NCBI GenBank assembly: GCA_002753465.1
Contig: PEAF01000005.1
Coordinates: 867 to 64,866, forward strand
Length of the DNA: 64,000 nucleotides
Direction of reading: 5' to 3'
Source: Candidatus Omnitrophota bacterium
GTDB lineage: Bacteria; Omnitrophota; Gorgyraeia; Zapsychrales; Fredricksoniimonadaceae
Part shown: in pieces, positions 19,755-33,613 of the stretch
Layout of the letters: every line of letters begins with the position of its first letter
How positions within the stretch are numbered: position 1 is the first letter of the stretch
Notes under the pieces: generated by a model
Database searches by the model: none
Seen by the model: the letters and a program-made list of their open reading frames with translations, nothing else
Told to the model about the DNA's origin: nothing
Position numbers and translations under genes: made by a program

Positions 19755-20723
19755 TTATTCTACAAACCGAGTGATCTTTTTCCGAAAAGCATCTGACAAC
19801 GGCAACCTCATCCGCTCCAGGGACCTGCGATTAACAAGGATTTCCAGTTTACTGGTCCCGGCGATAGGAATATCCGTGGGCTTGACCCCGTTTAAGACCA
19901 TGGACGCCATTTTTGCAGCCTGACGTCCGTCATCATAAGAATTCCCGCCAATCCCCAATAACATCCCCTGCTCGGTATAATTGAGCAAATGCGATACCGT
20001 GATCAATCCAGACCTTACCGACGCCGCTATGATCATATCGATCTTCTTCCCGACAACGCTGCTGCCTGAAAGATAAACGGCCTCAACGCGACCCTTCAAA
20101 TAATTGATCATCTCGGCCGCATCATCTTCGAGGCTTATCGGAACAGGAACAACAACGATGCCTGTAACCGAACAGGTCTTCTGAAGGTCATGTAACTGGA
20201 TCTCTGAATTTGATTCACCGGGTGTATACAAGATCGCAATGCGTTGAACCGGTCGAAGCGCATTAAGAACCTCCAATATCATGTCCATAGGAACATTATT
20301 CGTAACACCCGTTAAGTTGTTGCCAGAGCGGTCGGTGCCTTGAACGATTTTCGAGTCAACAGGATTAAAGACCAGGCTGAATACAATCGGAGTATCTTTA
20401 ACCTCTTCAAACAAGGCCGTCGTTGCCGGAGTTCCCAAAGAGAAATAAATATCCCTTCCTTCGTGGGCAAAAGCTTTTGCGATTTTCATCGCCTTGGCTT
20501 TGTTCGACTGGGCATGCTGAACGTCAATGTCTAGATGATCCTGTGACAGTCCATCCTGAGATAATTGGTCCAGAAAGCCTTTTAAACTCTGAACATAACG
20601 CTCATCATCCGCCCAAACAAGGACGCCGATACGTTTTTTAGGTTGCTGGGCAAAAGCTGACGGGTTGGATAGTGACAGCGTAGCGATCAAACAAAAAAGG
20701 GAGATCAGGATGCGATTGAACAT
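19755..20723 (-). CDS. Periplasmic substrate-binding protein (ABC_sub_bind-like), partner of the downstream kinase
   Basis: 322 aa. Signal peptide, then KRIGVLVWADDERY, typical of the uncharacterised ABC-type periplasmic component family. The kinase gene starts 14 nt downstream. Confidence 0.55.
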   Translation of the reverse strand: MFNRILISLFCLIATLSLSNPSAFAQQPKKRIGVLVWADDERYVQSLKGFLDQLSQDGLSQDHLDIDVQHAQSNKAKAMKIAKAFAHEGRDIYFSLGTPATTALFEEVKDTPIVFSLVFNPVDSKIVQGTDRSGNNLTGVTNNVPMDMILEVLNALRPVQRIAILYTPGESNSEIQLHDLQKTCSVTGIVVVPVPISLEDDAAEMINYLKGRVEAVYLSGSSVVGKKIDMIIAASVRSGLITVSHLLNYTEQGMLLGIGGNSYDDGRQAAKMASMVLNGVKPTDIPIAGTSKLEILVNRRSLERMRLPLSDAFRKKITRFVE

Positions 20724-20730
20724 AAAAAGA

Positions 20731-20738
20731 CCCCCCCC
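20731..20738 (-). repeat. Homopolymeric G8 tract (C8 on the plus strand) acting as the SD region of the SBP gene
   Basis: Minus strand reads CTGGGGGGGGTCTTTTTATG. The G8 tract ends 7 nt before the ATG at 20723. Confidence 0.9.
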
Positions 20739-20798
20739 AGAAGTGTAAACAGGACAAAAAGATTATACACCCGGATTCTTAGAGAGAATGACTAAATA

Positions 20799-22907
<2,109 letters not shown>

Positions 22908-22911
<4 letters not shown>

Positions 22912-23840
22912 GCTCTTCTCAACTTCGCTACAAAGAAACCTGTATATTTCTTATCCGGCTTAACACGCCAGCATTTCATCACTTCAGGCGAAAACGCATT
23001 GCGACCCCATTGCGTAACGCACGGCGTCCGGGGGACGCCCGTCAACTCAATGGGTTCAAGAACAAAAGCTCCCTCACTCTTACGCAGGAACCAGTCGATG
23101 ACCTCTTCATTCTCCTCAGGCGCGAACGTGCATGTCGCATAGACCAGAACACCACCTGATTTTAACAAACGTGACGCGCTCATCAGGATGCCTTTTTGTT
23201 TAAAGCTCATCTCTTTGATCTTGCGCAGGCTCCAATACCCCGTACTTTTAGGGTCATCCGCCCTGAAGCGCCCTTCAGAACTGCACGGGGCATCGACAAG
23301 AATGCGGTCGAACAATATATCATCTCCAGCCTTAAAGCGACGGATGTCACACAATTTGCATGAAACATTCAAAGCTCCCAGGAGCTCTACAACCGATCTC
23401 AGACGAAAGAACCTTGCCTTGACCGCCTCCACAGCGATAAGCGTACCCTGCCCCTTCATCATAGCGGCCACCTGTGTTGTCTTACTGCCTGGCGCAGCGC
23501 ACGCATCCAGAACATGCTCACCGGGGCCAGCAGAAAGAATGACCGCAGGGATCATGCTGGCAAGGCTCTGTTGATAGATCTTCCCGGCACTGACCAAAGC
23601 ATGCCGCGACAAAACATCTCGAGGTATGTTCTCAAGGACAAAAACATCCTCTGACCATGGGACTGGATGCAACAACACACCCTCGGCCTTAAAAATGGAA
23701 GAAATTTCATTCAATGAGGATTTGAACGGATTGATACGTATCGAAAGCAGTTCCGGAGATGAAAAGGAATCCAGCGTAAACCCAAGATCATCCGTAGAAA
23801 AAAGAAGTCTTAACCGGTCAACGAACTGGGCAGGGATCAA
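22908..23840 (-). CDS. NOL1/NOP2/Sun-family RNA m5C methyltransferase (RsmB/RsmF-like)
   Basis: 310 aa. LDACAAPGSKT (SAM binding), catalytic DAPCSSEG and ATCTFAPEENE. Confidence 0.8.
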
Positions 23841-24412
23841 GCGCCAAGAACCTCTTTGGCTTTGGCGATCAAATCGGCTGAATTAAACGGCTTGTCAAAA
23901 CAATGGTCGACACCGATCTCGCGCAACCGGTCCTTATCTGTCTCGTCAAAGTAGGCAGAAACGCCGATAATGCTCGTATGCTCGCAATTAGCAGAACGCT
24001 TGATCTTCTGGGCGACCTCAAAACCGTTCATGCCTGGCATTTTCATATCTAATATGACCAGGTCAGGCTTAAATAAAAGAAGTTTTATCCCCGCCTCAAA
24101 CCCGTCATAAGCGACATCGATCTCGAAATTAGGTTCACGCTTGAACAACCGGCGGACGGAGCTGACCATATTGATATCATCATCAACGATCAAAATCTTA
24201 TGCCCGCCGCTACGCGATGTTAAGCTGTCGGGGATCGGCATATTGAACTGTTTAAGAAATGAAATAAAGTCATCAACCTTAACACGGCTATGGTTGCCAG
24301 GCGTACGGTAAGCCTTGATCTTTCCATCATGTATCCACTGAAGGACAGTCCTTAAATGTACGTGACACAAATCAGCAATTTCGCCCGTTGTAAGAGGTCT
24401 CTCATTTGACAT
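23837..24412 (-). CDS. Response regulator with N-terminal excisionase/MerR-type HTH and C-terminal receiver
   Basis: 191 aa. LTTGEIADLCHVHLRTVLQWIHDGKIKAYRTPGNHSRV (HTH_17-like), then a receiver (ILIVDDD, DLVILDMKMPGMNG, DKP). Confidence 0.75.
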   Translation of the reverse strand: MSNERPLTTGEIADLCHVHLRTVLQWIHDGKIKAYRTPGNHSRVKVDDFISFLKQFNMPIPDSLTSRSGGHKILIVDDDINMVSSVRRLFKREPNFEIDVAYDGFEAGIKLLLFKPDLVILDMKMPGMNGFEVAQKIKRSANCEHTSIIGVSAYFDETDKDRLREIGVDHCFDKPFNSADLIAKAKEVLGA

Positions 24413-24508
24413 GTCGGTTCCTATTTTTCCTATTTTTCCACTCTCAAAAAGATACCTTAAAAATTTGAGAATGTCAAGGTAAACACATACTGTATAAAGA
24501 TTTATATG

Positions 24509-24790
24509 CTACGGTCTTAAAAAAGAGGCTGTATCCGCTGCATCTAAAAGAATGGAAGCCTTGTTTTTAACTACTTCAAAAAAGCCGGGGTGTGTCGTCG
24601 TGAACTTGATAACACTGCCCGTTGTTGTGCGTATCTCAAAAGGGCCGGCCTTGATCGAAGCGATCATAGGCGCATGATCAACCAAAACCCCGAAATAACC
24701 CGCTCCGCCAGGAACGTACAGATACTTGATCTCTCCATTGAAGAGAACTTTCTCAGGCGTAACAACCGTTAATTGCATGACATTAGCCAT
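24509..24790 (-). CDS. atpC: ATP synthase F1 epsilon subunit, short form (beta-sandwich only)
   Basis: 93 aa. LTVVTPEKVLFNGEIKYLYVPGGAGYFGVLVDHAPMI matches the epsilon N-terminal domain. The C-terminal helical hairpin is absent. It follows atpD. Confidence 0.85.
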   Translation of the reverse strand: MANVMQLTVVTPEKVLFNGEIKYLYVPGGAGYFGVLVDHAPMIASIKAGPFEIRTTTGSVIKFTTTHPGFFEVVKNKASILLDAADTASFLRP

Positions 24791-24793
24791 AGA

Positions 24794-27057
<2,264 letters not shown>

Positions 27058-27060
27058 TGA

Positions 27061-28584
27061 TTATTTCTTCTTGAATTCCGCTTTGAACTCTTCGACAACT
27101 TTCTTCAGAAGATCAGCATTTAGCGAAACAAGGTCTCCTGTCTCATCGATCTCTTTAGCCACCTGAGGATAGGTATCCCCCATATGCTTTAAAAACTCAA
27201 TTTCAAACTTCTTAAGCTGAGTGACCGGCAGATCATCCAAATAACCGTTAACGGCAGCTGATATGATCAAGACCTGCTGTGACAGCGCCAGAGGAACATA
27301 TTGCCCCTGTTTAAGGATCTCAACAACACGCTCCCCGCGCGTGATCTGGTCCTGCGTCGCCTTATCAAGATCAGACCCGAACTGCAGGAAAGTGACCAGT
27401 TCGCGGTACTGCGCCAGATCCAAACGCAGCTTACCGGCAACCCGGCGCATCGCCTTGGCTTGCGCCTTACCACCTACACGCGAAACCGAAAGCCCGACGT
27501 TGATCGCCGGACGAACGCCAGAGTAAAAAAGATCGCCTTCAAGATAGATCTGACCGTCCGTGATCGAAATAACATTGGTCGGGATATAACTTGTAATATC
27601 GCCGCCCTGCGTTTCAATGATCGGTAATGCCGTCAACGAACCGGCACCTAAAGCGTCGGAAAGTTTTGCCGCACGCTCCAGCAAACGCGAATGTAAATAG
27701 AAAATATCACCCGGATACGCTTCACGGCCCGGTGGACGACGCAGCAAAAGCGATAATTGGCGATACGCCTGGGCATGCTTGGAAAGATCGTCATAAACGA
27801 TCAAAACATCCTTACCCTTGAACATGAACTCCTCGCCCATCGCGCAACCGGCATAAGGCGCCAAATACTGAGAGGAAGCCGACGCACGGGAAGATGCGCT
27901 GACGATCGTCGTATACTCCATCGCGCCGTGCTTTTTTAGGGTTTCCGCAACAGCGACAATGCTGGAGATCTTCTGTCCAATGGCCACATAAATACAGTAA
28001 ACGCCTTTACCTTTTTGATTGATAATGGCGTCGATCGCAACCGCCGTCTTGCCTGTCTGACGGTCACCGATGATAAGCTCGCGCTGTCCACGTCCGATAG
28101 GGATCATGGCATCAACAGCCTTAATACCCGTCTGAAGCGGAGTATTGATCGGCTGACGGGAAATAACATCGGGGGCGGCAAATTCAACCGCACGGAAGCG
28201 GTCTGTATCGATCGGGCCGCGTCCGTCAATGGGAACGCCCAGGGCATTGACAACGCGCCCTTTAAGCGCCTCACCCACAGGGACCTGAACGATCTTACCC
28301 GTACACTTAACGATATCGCCTTCTTTAATATTGCGGTCAGGATTATCTCTTCCGAAAATGATAACGCCCACGCTATCTTCTTCAAGGTTGACGGCCATGC
28401 CAAAAACACTGTTAGGGAACTCAATGATCTCACCGACCATAACATTATCGAGGCCATAAACGCGCGCAATAGCATCACCGACCTGAATGACCGTACCGAT
28501 CGATTCAGTTTTAATCTGCGTCTTAAAATTCTCGAGTTCGGATTTTAGGATCGATGAAATCTCTTCGGGCTTTAAATTACTCAT
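27061..28584 (-). CDS. atpA: ATP synthase F1 alpha subunit
   Basis: 507 aa. Walker [10 protein letters not shown]. Confidence 0.97.
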   Translation of the reverse strand: MSNLKPEEISSILKSELENFKTQIKTESIGTVIQVGDAIARVYGLDNVMVGEIIEFPNSVFGMAVNLEEDSVGVIIFGRDNPDRNIKEGDIVKCTGKIVQVPVGEALKGRVVNALGVPIDGRGPIDTDRFRAVEFAAPDVISRQPINTPLQTGIKAVDAMIPIGRGQRELIIGDRQTGKTAVAIDAIINQKGKGVYCIYVAIGQKISSIVAVAETLKKHGAMEYTTIVSASSRASASSQYLAPYAGCAMGEEFMFKGKDVLIVYDDLSKHAQAYRQLSLLLRRPPGREAYPGDIFYLHSRLLERAAKLSDALGAGSLTALPIIETQGGDITSYIPTNVISITDGQIYLEGDLFYSGVRPAINVGLSVSRVGGKAQAKAMRRVAGKLRLDLAQYRELVTFLQFGSDLDKATQDQITRGERVVEILKQGQYVPLALSQQVLIISAAVNGYLDDLPVTQLKKFEIEFLKHMGDTYPQVAKEIDETGDLVSLNADLLKKVVEEFKAEFKKK

Positions 28585-29141
28585 GCGCTCATCCTTGATT
28601 GAAGCAATTGTTTTTTGAGTTGAACCAACCTGTTGCGCACAGAGCCGTCGATCAGTGTATTGCCGATCATGATCTGCACGCCTCCTAAAAGGTCAGGGTC
28701 AAGTTGCAAATAAAGATTAACCTTTTTCTTGGCAAAGATCGCCACGCTTTCTTTGATGCGCTCGACGATATCAAGCTCAAGCGGAAACGTTGTTCGCAGC
28801 ACCACATCCACAACATCACCGTGAGAGTACGCAATGCGCACATGATCAATCACCCCCAACAAAAGATCAATACGGTTTTTATCAAGGAGATAGTTTACGA
28901 ACGTGATCGTCTCAGCGGAAAGAATACCGCTGAGAGCCTTGTCAATAATACGCGCCTTATCCAATTTTGATATTTCAGGAGCACGCAAAAATGTCATTAG
29001 ATCAGTATTCTGACGGAATACGGAACGCAGGTCCTTCATGTCCGACACACAGCGCGGCAGACCGGACTTCGGTACGGCAAATTCGATGTACGCCTCGGCA
29101 TAGCGTTTGGCGATAAGGCTATCTTTCATTGGCCTTCTCAA
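28581..29141 (-). CDS. atpH: ATP synthase F1 delta (OSCP) subunit
   Basis: 186 aa. [12 protein letters not shown] at the N-terminus and [20 protein letters not shown] at the C-terminus. The start may be M5 (29129). Confidence 0.85.
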   Translation of the reverse strand: MRRPMKDSLIAKRYAEAYIEFAVPKSGLPRCVSDMKDLRSVFRQNTDLMTFLRAPEISKLDKARIIDKALSGILSAETITFVNYLLDKNRIDLLLGVIDHVRIAYSHGDVVDVVLRTTFPLELDIVERIKESVAIFAKKKVNLYLQLDPDLLGGVQIMIGNTLIDGSVRNRLVQLKKQLLQSRMSA

Positions 29142-29622
29142 GATCGCTCAGGAGCCCTTCGATCAGTTTCTTATCCTGATCAAAAGTAAGTTTTTCCTGG
29201 ATCATCTGTTCAGTGACCTTTATGACCATATCCACCACTTCACCCTTAAGGGCTTCACGGCAGCGCATCAGCTCAAACCGAAGCTCACTCCGGGCATCAT
29301 CAATGATCCGCTCCGCTTCAACGCGCGCTTTTTCCTTGATCTCGCGCGACTTTTGCTCACCCAGGACTTCAACTTCTCTTAAACGTTTCTGAGCCGTGTC
29401 TTCGATGCTCGCCAGGGCTTTTTCCATTTCGACACGTAAACGCACCGTTTCTGCCTTTACGCCCTCGATCGATTGGATCTGATCCTCGATCATCTTACGG
29501 CGATCCTCAAGGACCTTAAAAACAGGCCGCCATAAAAACTGCTTAAGCACGAGAAGAACCAGGGCAAAGCAAACCATCTGCGCAAGGATCATCTGAGGGT
29601 TCAATAATTTAAAAAGTTCCAT
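29119..29622 (-). CDS. atpF: ATP synthase Fo b subunit
   Basis: 167 aa. A single N-terminal TM helix, then a long charged helix. Operon position agrees. Confidence 0.85.
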   Translation of the reverse strand: MELFKLLNPQMILAQMVCFALVLLVLKQFLWRPVFKVLEDRRKMIEDQIQSIEGVKAETVRLRVEMEKALASIEDTAQKRLREVEVLGEQKSREIKEKARVEAERIIDDARSELRFELMRCREALKGEVVDMVIKVTEQMIQEKLTFDQDKKLIEGLLSDLEKANER

Positions 29623-29659
29623 AAGTACCCTTTTTTACACGCTTGATTCTTATCGACAA

Positions 29660-29893
29660 TTAGATCTTTCCGATGAGCGGGAACACCATGAAACCAAGCA
29701 CATAGAAAATGATGGTCTCAATAAGCGCACAACCCAAAAGCATCAGCGTCATAATTTTGCCCATAGCATCCGGTTGACGTCCCAGCGCCTGCAGTGCACT
29801 GGAAACGGCATTTCCCAACCCTACACCAACACCCAGCGCGGCAAGGCCAAGACCGATCGGCACACCAAAAGCTAAAGCTGCATGAAAATCCAT
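29660..29893 (-). CDS. atpE: ATP synthase Fo c subunit
   Basis: 77 aa two-helix hairpin with a carboxylate in LGCALIETIIFYVL. Confidence 0.9.
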   Translation of the reverse strand: MDFHAALAFGVPIGLGLAALGVGVGLGNAVSSALQALGRQPDAMGKIMTLMLLGCALIETIIFYVLGFMVFPLIGKI

Positions 29894-29912
29894 TTTCTTC
29901 CTCCTAGTTTAA

Positions 29913-30686
29913 TTAATGATGATGTCCATCTTCAGGCTTCATAACCAATGAAAAATAAACTACCGTTAAAATGCTGAACACCGCCGCCTGTATTGTCGAC
30001 GTAAGCAGAACGAGAAGGAAATTAGGGAAAAGCCACATGAACCCGTCTTTAAGCCCCCAGCTGGCAAAAAGGGCCAGGATAATATCATCCCCGTAAATAT
30101 TGCTGCGCAAACGAAGCGAAAGACTAAGGGGCCTGATAAGTTCACTGACGATATGCAAAATCAGCATGAAGATCGGCATAACCAGGGTCACGGCCATGAT
30201 GCCTCTCGGTTGCCCTGCCAGATGATCAAAATATCCTAAGAAACCGAGCTCTTTGAACGCCGTATACTGCACATAGAAGAAAACAATAAGAGACAACGCC
30301 ATGGTCGTTGACCAGTCAGCATTGGGTGATTTCAAGAATGGGATAAGACCAATATAGTTCATGGCCAGAATATAGATAAAAAGCGTTCCGACAAAAGGCG
30401 TGAACTTGCTTCCGCGCGGCCCAAGGACGCTGCAAACAAAATCATCCACAAAAGTCACCAGAAATTCAGCAGCACTCTGAAGGCGTCCCGGGATCCCCGT
30501 CTCACGTTTGCGCGTGGCTTTATAAGCGAAAAAACCCAGAAAAATAATGACCACCAGTGCATAAATAGCACTCTCCCAACGATGCAAAAAAAGCCCGAGG
30601 CTATTATCGCTGTTCAATTCAGCAATAAGCCCGACAATGTTGGGTAATTCCGGAGCTGAGTGTTTTACCGCTTCTGCTTCGACCAT
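29913..30686 (-). CDS. atpB: ATP synthase Fo a subunit
   Basis: 257 aa polytopic protein. The conserved Arg region is LSLSLRLRSNIYGDD. Confidence 0.9.
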   Translation of the reverse strand: MVEAEAVKHSAPELPNIVGLIAELNSDNSLGLFLHRWESAIYALVVIIFLGFFAYKATRKRETGIPGRLQSAAEFLVTFVDDFVCSVLGPRGSKFTPFVGTLFIYILAMNYIGLIPFLKSPNADWSTTMALSLIVFFYVQYTAFKELGFLGYFDHLAGQPRGIMAVTLVMPIFMLILHIVSELIRPLSLSLRLRSNIYGDDIILALFASWGLKDGFMWLFPNFLLVLLTSTIQAAVFSILTVVYFSLVMKPEDGHHH

Positions 30687-30734
30687 GAAGATCCATTACC
30701 TGATAATGATTTGAATCATAATAACATACGGACA

Positions 30735-30780
30735 AATAAAATAAAAAAGTCTTCTTACACAAATGCTTTGTAAGAAGACT
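30735..30780 (-). terminator. Rho-independent terminator downstream of glnB/K
   Basis: Perfect 12-bp stem (30748-30759 pairs with 30769-30780), 9-nt loop, then UUUUUUAUUUUAUUU on the minus strand. Confidence 0.7.
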
Positions 30781-30849
30781 TCATTGCCTTCATTCTTGAT
30801 TTTGTCCAATATACCACAGATGAGAATGTTGTCAAGACGGCGAAAAGGA

Positions 30850-30885
30850 ATCATGCGGGGGCAGAAAACTCCACCCCCGCATGAT
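30850..30885 (-). terminator. GC-rich hairpin 5 nt after the glnB/K stop (terminator or mRNA-stabilising hairpin)
   Basis: 12-bp stem ATCATGCGGGGG / CCCCCGCATGAT with a 12-nt loop, followed on the minus strand by UCCUUUUCG. Confidence 0.5.
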
Positions 30886-30890
30886 CCAAA

Positions 30891-31232
30891 TTACCCGATC
30901 GCTATAGCACCACGCTCTTCCGTACGGATACGGATCGTATTCTCAAGAGGCATGATGAATATCTTGCCATCGCCTGTCTCACCCGTCTTGGCGCCCTTGA
31001 TAATGGCCCTGACCGCCGGCTCAACAAAGTTATCGTTGACAGCGATCTCAATGCGGACCTTACGCAAAAGGTTCCCCATTTCCCTGGCACCACGGTAGAT
31101 CTCGGTCACGCCCTTTTGACGGCCATGTCCCAAAACCTCGCTTACCGTCATAAGGTTAATGTCTGCCTTGTACAATTCATCCTTCACATCATCTAACTTA
31201 CTCGGTTGTATGATCGCAATGACCATTTTCAT
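30891..31232 (-). CDS. glnB: Nitrogen regulatory protein P-II
   Basis: 113 aa. [21 protein letters not shown]-loop YRGARE and [11 protein letters not shown]. Being downstream of amtB suggests the GlnK type. Confidence 0.95.
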   Translation of the reverse strand: MKMVIAIIQPSKLDDVKDELYKADINLMTVSEVLGHGRQKGVTEIYRGAREMGNLLRKVRIEIAVNDNFVEPAVRAIIKGAKTGETGDGKIFIMPLENTIRIRTEERGAIAIG

Positions 31233-31288
31233 ATGACACCCTTTCTTTTATTAGTGACAGCTCAGAGCCATCCCCTGCTTATACCGTA

Positions 31289-32515
31289 TTATTCTAACAT
31301 TGTGTAAGCGCGCTCATGATGCTGGGTCAGGTCAAGACCAATATCCTCATCCTTTGTCTCAACGCGCATACCCATGACCATATCAATGGCCTTGAACAGG
31401 ATGACTGTAACCACCGTCGAATAGATCAACGTGACCGCAACGGCTTTCAACTGAACAATGAACTGCGCGGGATTACCGTAAAACAACCCGTCGTTACCTG
31501 CCGCATTGACCAGCTTGGTCGCAAAAAGACCCGTAGCCAAAGCACCCCAGATCCCGCCGACACAATGCACACCGAAGGCGTCAAGCGCATCATCATACCC
31601 AAGCTTAGGCTTAATAATTGCCGCTGCGATATAACAAAACACGCTCACCAGAAGACCAATGGCCAAAGCGCCACTGACGTTCACAAAACCCGCTGCCGGA
31701 GTAATGGCAACAAGACCTGCCACGGCACCCGAGCAAATACCAAAAAGCGTCGGTTTACCATTACGGAACCACTCGATCGCCGCCCAACTTAAACCTGCCG
31801 CTGCTGCCGCGGTGTTAGTCACCACGAAAGCATTTACCGCAAGTCCATTCGCCGCTAACGAGGAACCGGCATTGAACCCGAACCATCCGAACCACAGTAG
31901 CGCTGTACCTAATGCTACGAAGGGCAAATTATGCGGTGAAGGAACATGCTTAGGCACATTCTTACGCGGACCGATCATAAGGGCCGTTACAAGCGCTGCA
32001 ATACCGGCATTGATATGAACGACCGTACCACCCGCAAAATCCAACGCACCCATATTGCGCAGGAATCCACCCATGCCCCATACCCAGTGACAAATAGGTG
32101 CATAGACCAACGTCAACCATAAGGCCATGAACACTACGAATGAAGAAAACTTCATCCTTTCTGCGAACGCTCCCAGGATCAATGCTGGTGTAATAACTGC
32201 AAACATCGCCTGGAAGATCATGAACGCCTGATGCGGAATGGTCGCCGAATAATCATTATACGGCTCAAGCCCTACTCCATTAAGCATCGACCACTGCATG
32301 CCACCCCAAAAACCCGTGCCAGGAGCGAACGCAAGGCTGTAACCATAAACAACCCACAACACGCTTACCAAACACAATACAAAGAAACACTGCATTAAAA
32401 TGCTCAGAACATTCTTCCTTCTGACCATCCCGCCATAGAAAAATGCCAACCCTGGTGTCATTAACATAACAAGGGCTGTTGAAACTAAAACCCACGCTGT
32501 ATCTCCTGAATTCAT
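31289..32515 (-). CDS. amtB: Ammonium transporter
   Basis: 408 aa polytopic protein. DFAGGTVVHINAG and DDALDAFGVHCVGGIWG motifs. Confidence 0.95.
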   Translation of the reverse strand: MNSGDTAWVLVSTALVMLMTPGLAFFYGGMVRRKNVLSILMQCFFVLCLVSVLWVVYGYSLAFAPGTGFWGGMQWSMLNGVGLEPYNDYSATIPHQAFMIFQAMFAVITPALILGAFAERMKFSSFVVFMALWLTLVYAPICHWVWGMGGFLRNMGALDFAGGTVVHINAGIAALVTALMIGPRKNVPKHVPSPHNLPFVALGTALLWFGWFGFNAGSSLAANGLAVNAFVVTNTAAAAAGLSWAAIEWFRNGKPTLFGICSGAVAGLVAITPAAGFVNVSGALAIGLLVSVFCYIAAAIIKPKLGYDDALDAFGVHCVGGIWGALATGLFATKLVNAAGNDGLFYGNPAQFIVQLKAVAVTLIYSTVVTVILFKAIDMVMGMRVETKDEDIGLDLTQHHERAYTMLE

Positions 32516-32554
32516 TGCAGCACCCCTTTCAATAATTATTTACAAAAATCCCTA

Positions 32555-33322
32555 TTAGAAATTAACATCCACTTGAACTGTATACGTATCAACCAGATCT
32601 TTATTATTATAAAGATCATACCCGAAAATAACTGAAGTATTGGGTGCAAAAGTATACCCTATGCCAAAGTTCGTGGAACCATAAGAACTCTTTGAACCCT
32701 GATAATCAATACCCAACCACCACTTGTCTGAGATCTCACTCAGGGTACGCTCCCAACCCAACAAAACGCCTTCATTACTAGCCTTGCCGTTGTAGGTTAA
32801 AAGGTCCTTGTTCCCCGAGAACGTACCGATGGAGAAACGCCCCAGAGAAAACTTATCGATAGACAATGTTTTGGCTGCCTTCCAGTAAGCCACATTAAAA
32901 TCAGTTGTTTTAGAATTCGTTCCTACATCAAATATACCAACGGCCAATGCCGGGAAATACTGACCATACGCATTCTCAGGGATACCTAACTTGGTGTTAA
33001 AGTAAAATGGATCATTGTCCAACCCGGTCCCTGACTTGTGATCAAAACCAACTTCAGCATTAAGATTCTTAAAAGGAAGGACGCCAGCGGTCAACCCCAG
33101 GTTAGTGATCGTCGGTGGACGCATACCGGCAGCATCTGTTCCTGTCGGAACATAAAAATCGCTGGTCAAATGCACTGTTTTAAACGCCTGAATATCCGTT
33201 GAAGGACCCCAAACGATCGTACTGGCTGTCGCATTAGCTTTAGATACATTACCAGCAACTATCATAACCATTGCCCCAAAAACCACCAGGCCCACTTTCT
33301 TGATTAACATTGAATCTTTCAT
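32555..33322 (-). CDS. Outer-membrane beta-barrel (porin-like) protein, first gene of the amtB-glnK operon
   Basis: 255 aa. Signal peptide, alternating aromatic/polar strands, G/N/S/T/Y-rich, and a C-terminal ...TYTVQVDVNF ending in Phe, typical of OMP barrels. Confidence 0.6.
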   Translation of the reverse strand: MKDSMLIKKVGLVVFGAMVMIVAGNVSKANATASTIVWGPSTDIQAFKTVHLTSDFYVPTGTDAAGMRPPTITNLGLTAGVLPFKNLNAEVGFDHKSGTGLDNDPFYFNTKLGIPENAYGQYFPALAVGIFDVGTNSKTTDFNVAYWKAAKTLSIDKFSLGRFSIGTFSGNKDLLTYNGKASNEGVLLGWERTLSEISDKWWLGIDYQGSKSSYGSTNFGIGYTFAPNTSVIFGYDLYNNKDLVDTYTVQVDVNF

Positions 33323-33430
33323 TTCATTTCTCCTTTTTTTATTCCTATGCTTTTCCTAAAGGTTTACTCTTTTCATGAACTTATCACTGCTTCAAGTCCC
33401 GCATATATCCTCCTCTCCGCAAATTTGTAT

Positions 33431-33474
33431 AAAAAGAAAAAGCGCCTTCAATTCATTATTAGAATTGAAGACGC
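33431..33474 (-). terminator. Strong intrinsic terminator inside the 5' leader of the porin-amtB-glnK operon
   Basis: Minus strand: GCGUCUUCAAUUC (33474-33462), a 7-nt loop, then GAAUUGAAGGCGC (33454-33442). That is a 13-bp stem with one G-U, followed by UUUUUCUUUUU. Confidence 0.7.
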
Positions 33475-33606
33475 CTTTGTCTTCGGCCCTATCAGAGCCA
33501 CACTGCTAAAGTTTACCCACTTTATCTTAACGGACGATCTTTGCCCGTTTATTTCACGGCCTGCTCGGCCGTGCTAGGACCCATAAATCAGTGGGTCCTC
33601 ATTGGA
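33475..33606 (-). ncRNA. Structured leader RNA or sRNA of unknown class (four stem-loops) between promoter and terminator
   Basis: Minus-strand hairpins: GGACCCA-CUGAUUUA-UGGGUCC, CACGGCC-GAGCA-GGCCGUG, ACGGGC-AAAGAUC-GUCCGU and GGCUC-UGAUA-GGGCC. GAAGAC (33484-33479) can pair with GUCUUC (33472-33467), which is part of the terminator 5' arm. Confidence 0.35.
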
Positions 33607-33613
33607 TAGTCTA

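Noticed and set aside
24413-24508. Hairpin TCTCAAA...TTTGAGA (24442-24470) and a tandem 9-nt repeat TCCTATTTT x2 (24419-24436) between atpC and the HTH-REC regulator
   Set aside because: The stem is AT-only, the loop is 15 nt and there is no U-tail on the transcribed strand, so it is not a convincing terminator. The short repeat is AT-rich spacer upstream of the start and may simply be RBS context.
30763-31098. 111-aa plus-strand ORF across the glnB 3' end and its terminators
   Set aside because: It overlaps glnB antisense and runs through two terminator hairpins. The composition is not protein-like.
33431-33606. Tested the structured RNA against RNAs I know: SRP/4.5S, 6S, tmRNA, the glutamine (glnA) riboswitch, c-di-GMP-I and guanidine-I
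   Set aside because: It lacks the GGAAGCAGC-type SRP domain IV motif. It shows no 5'-3' end pairing or central bubble of 6S. It has no GGAAGUAGG/AAGGAACGC glutamine-riboswitch core, and no convincing GEMM or ykkC conserved blocks. It is therefore reported as unclassified rather than named.
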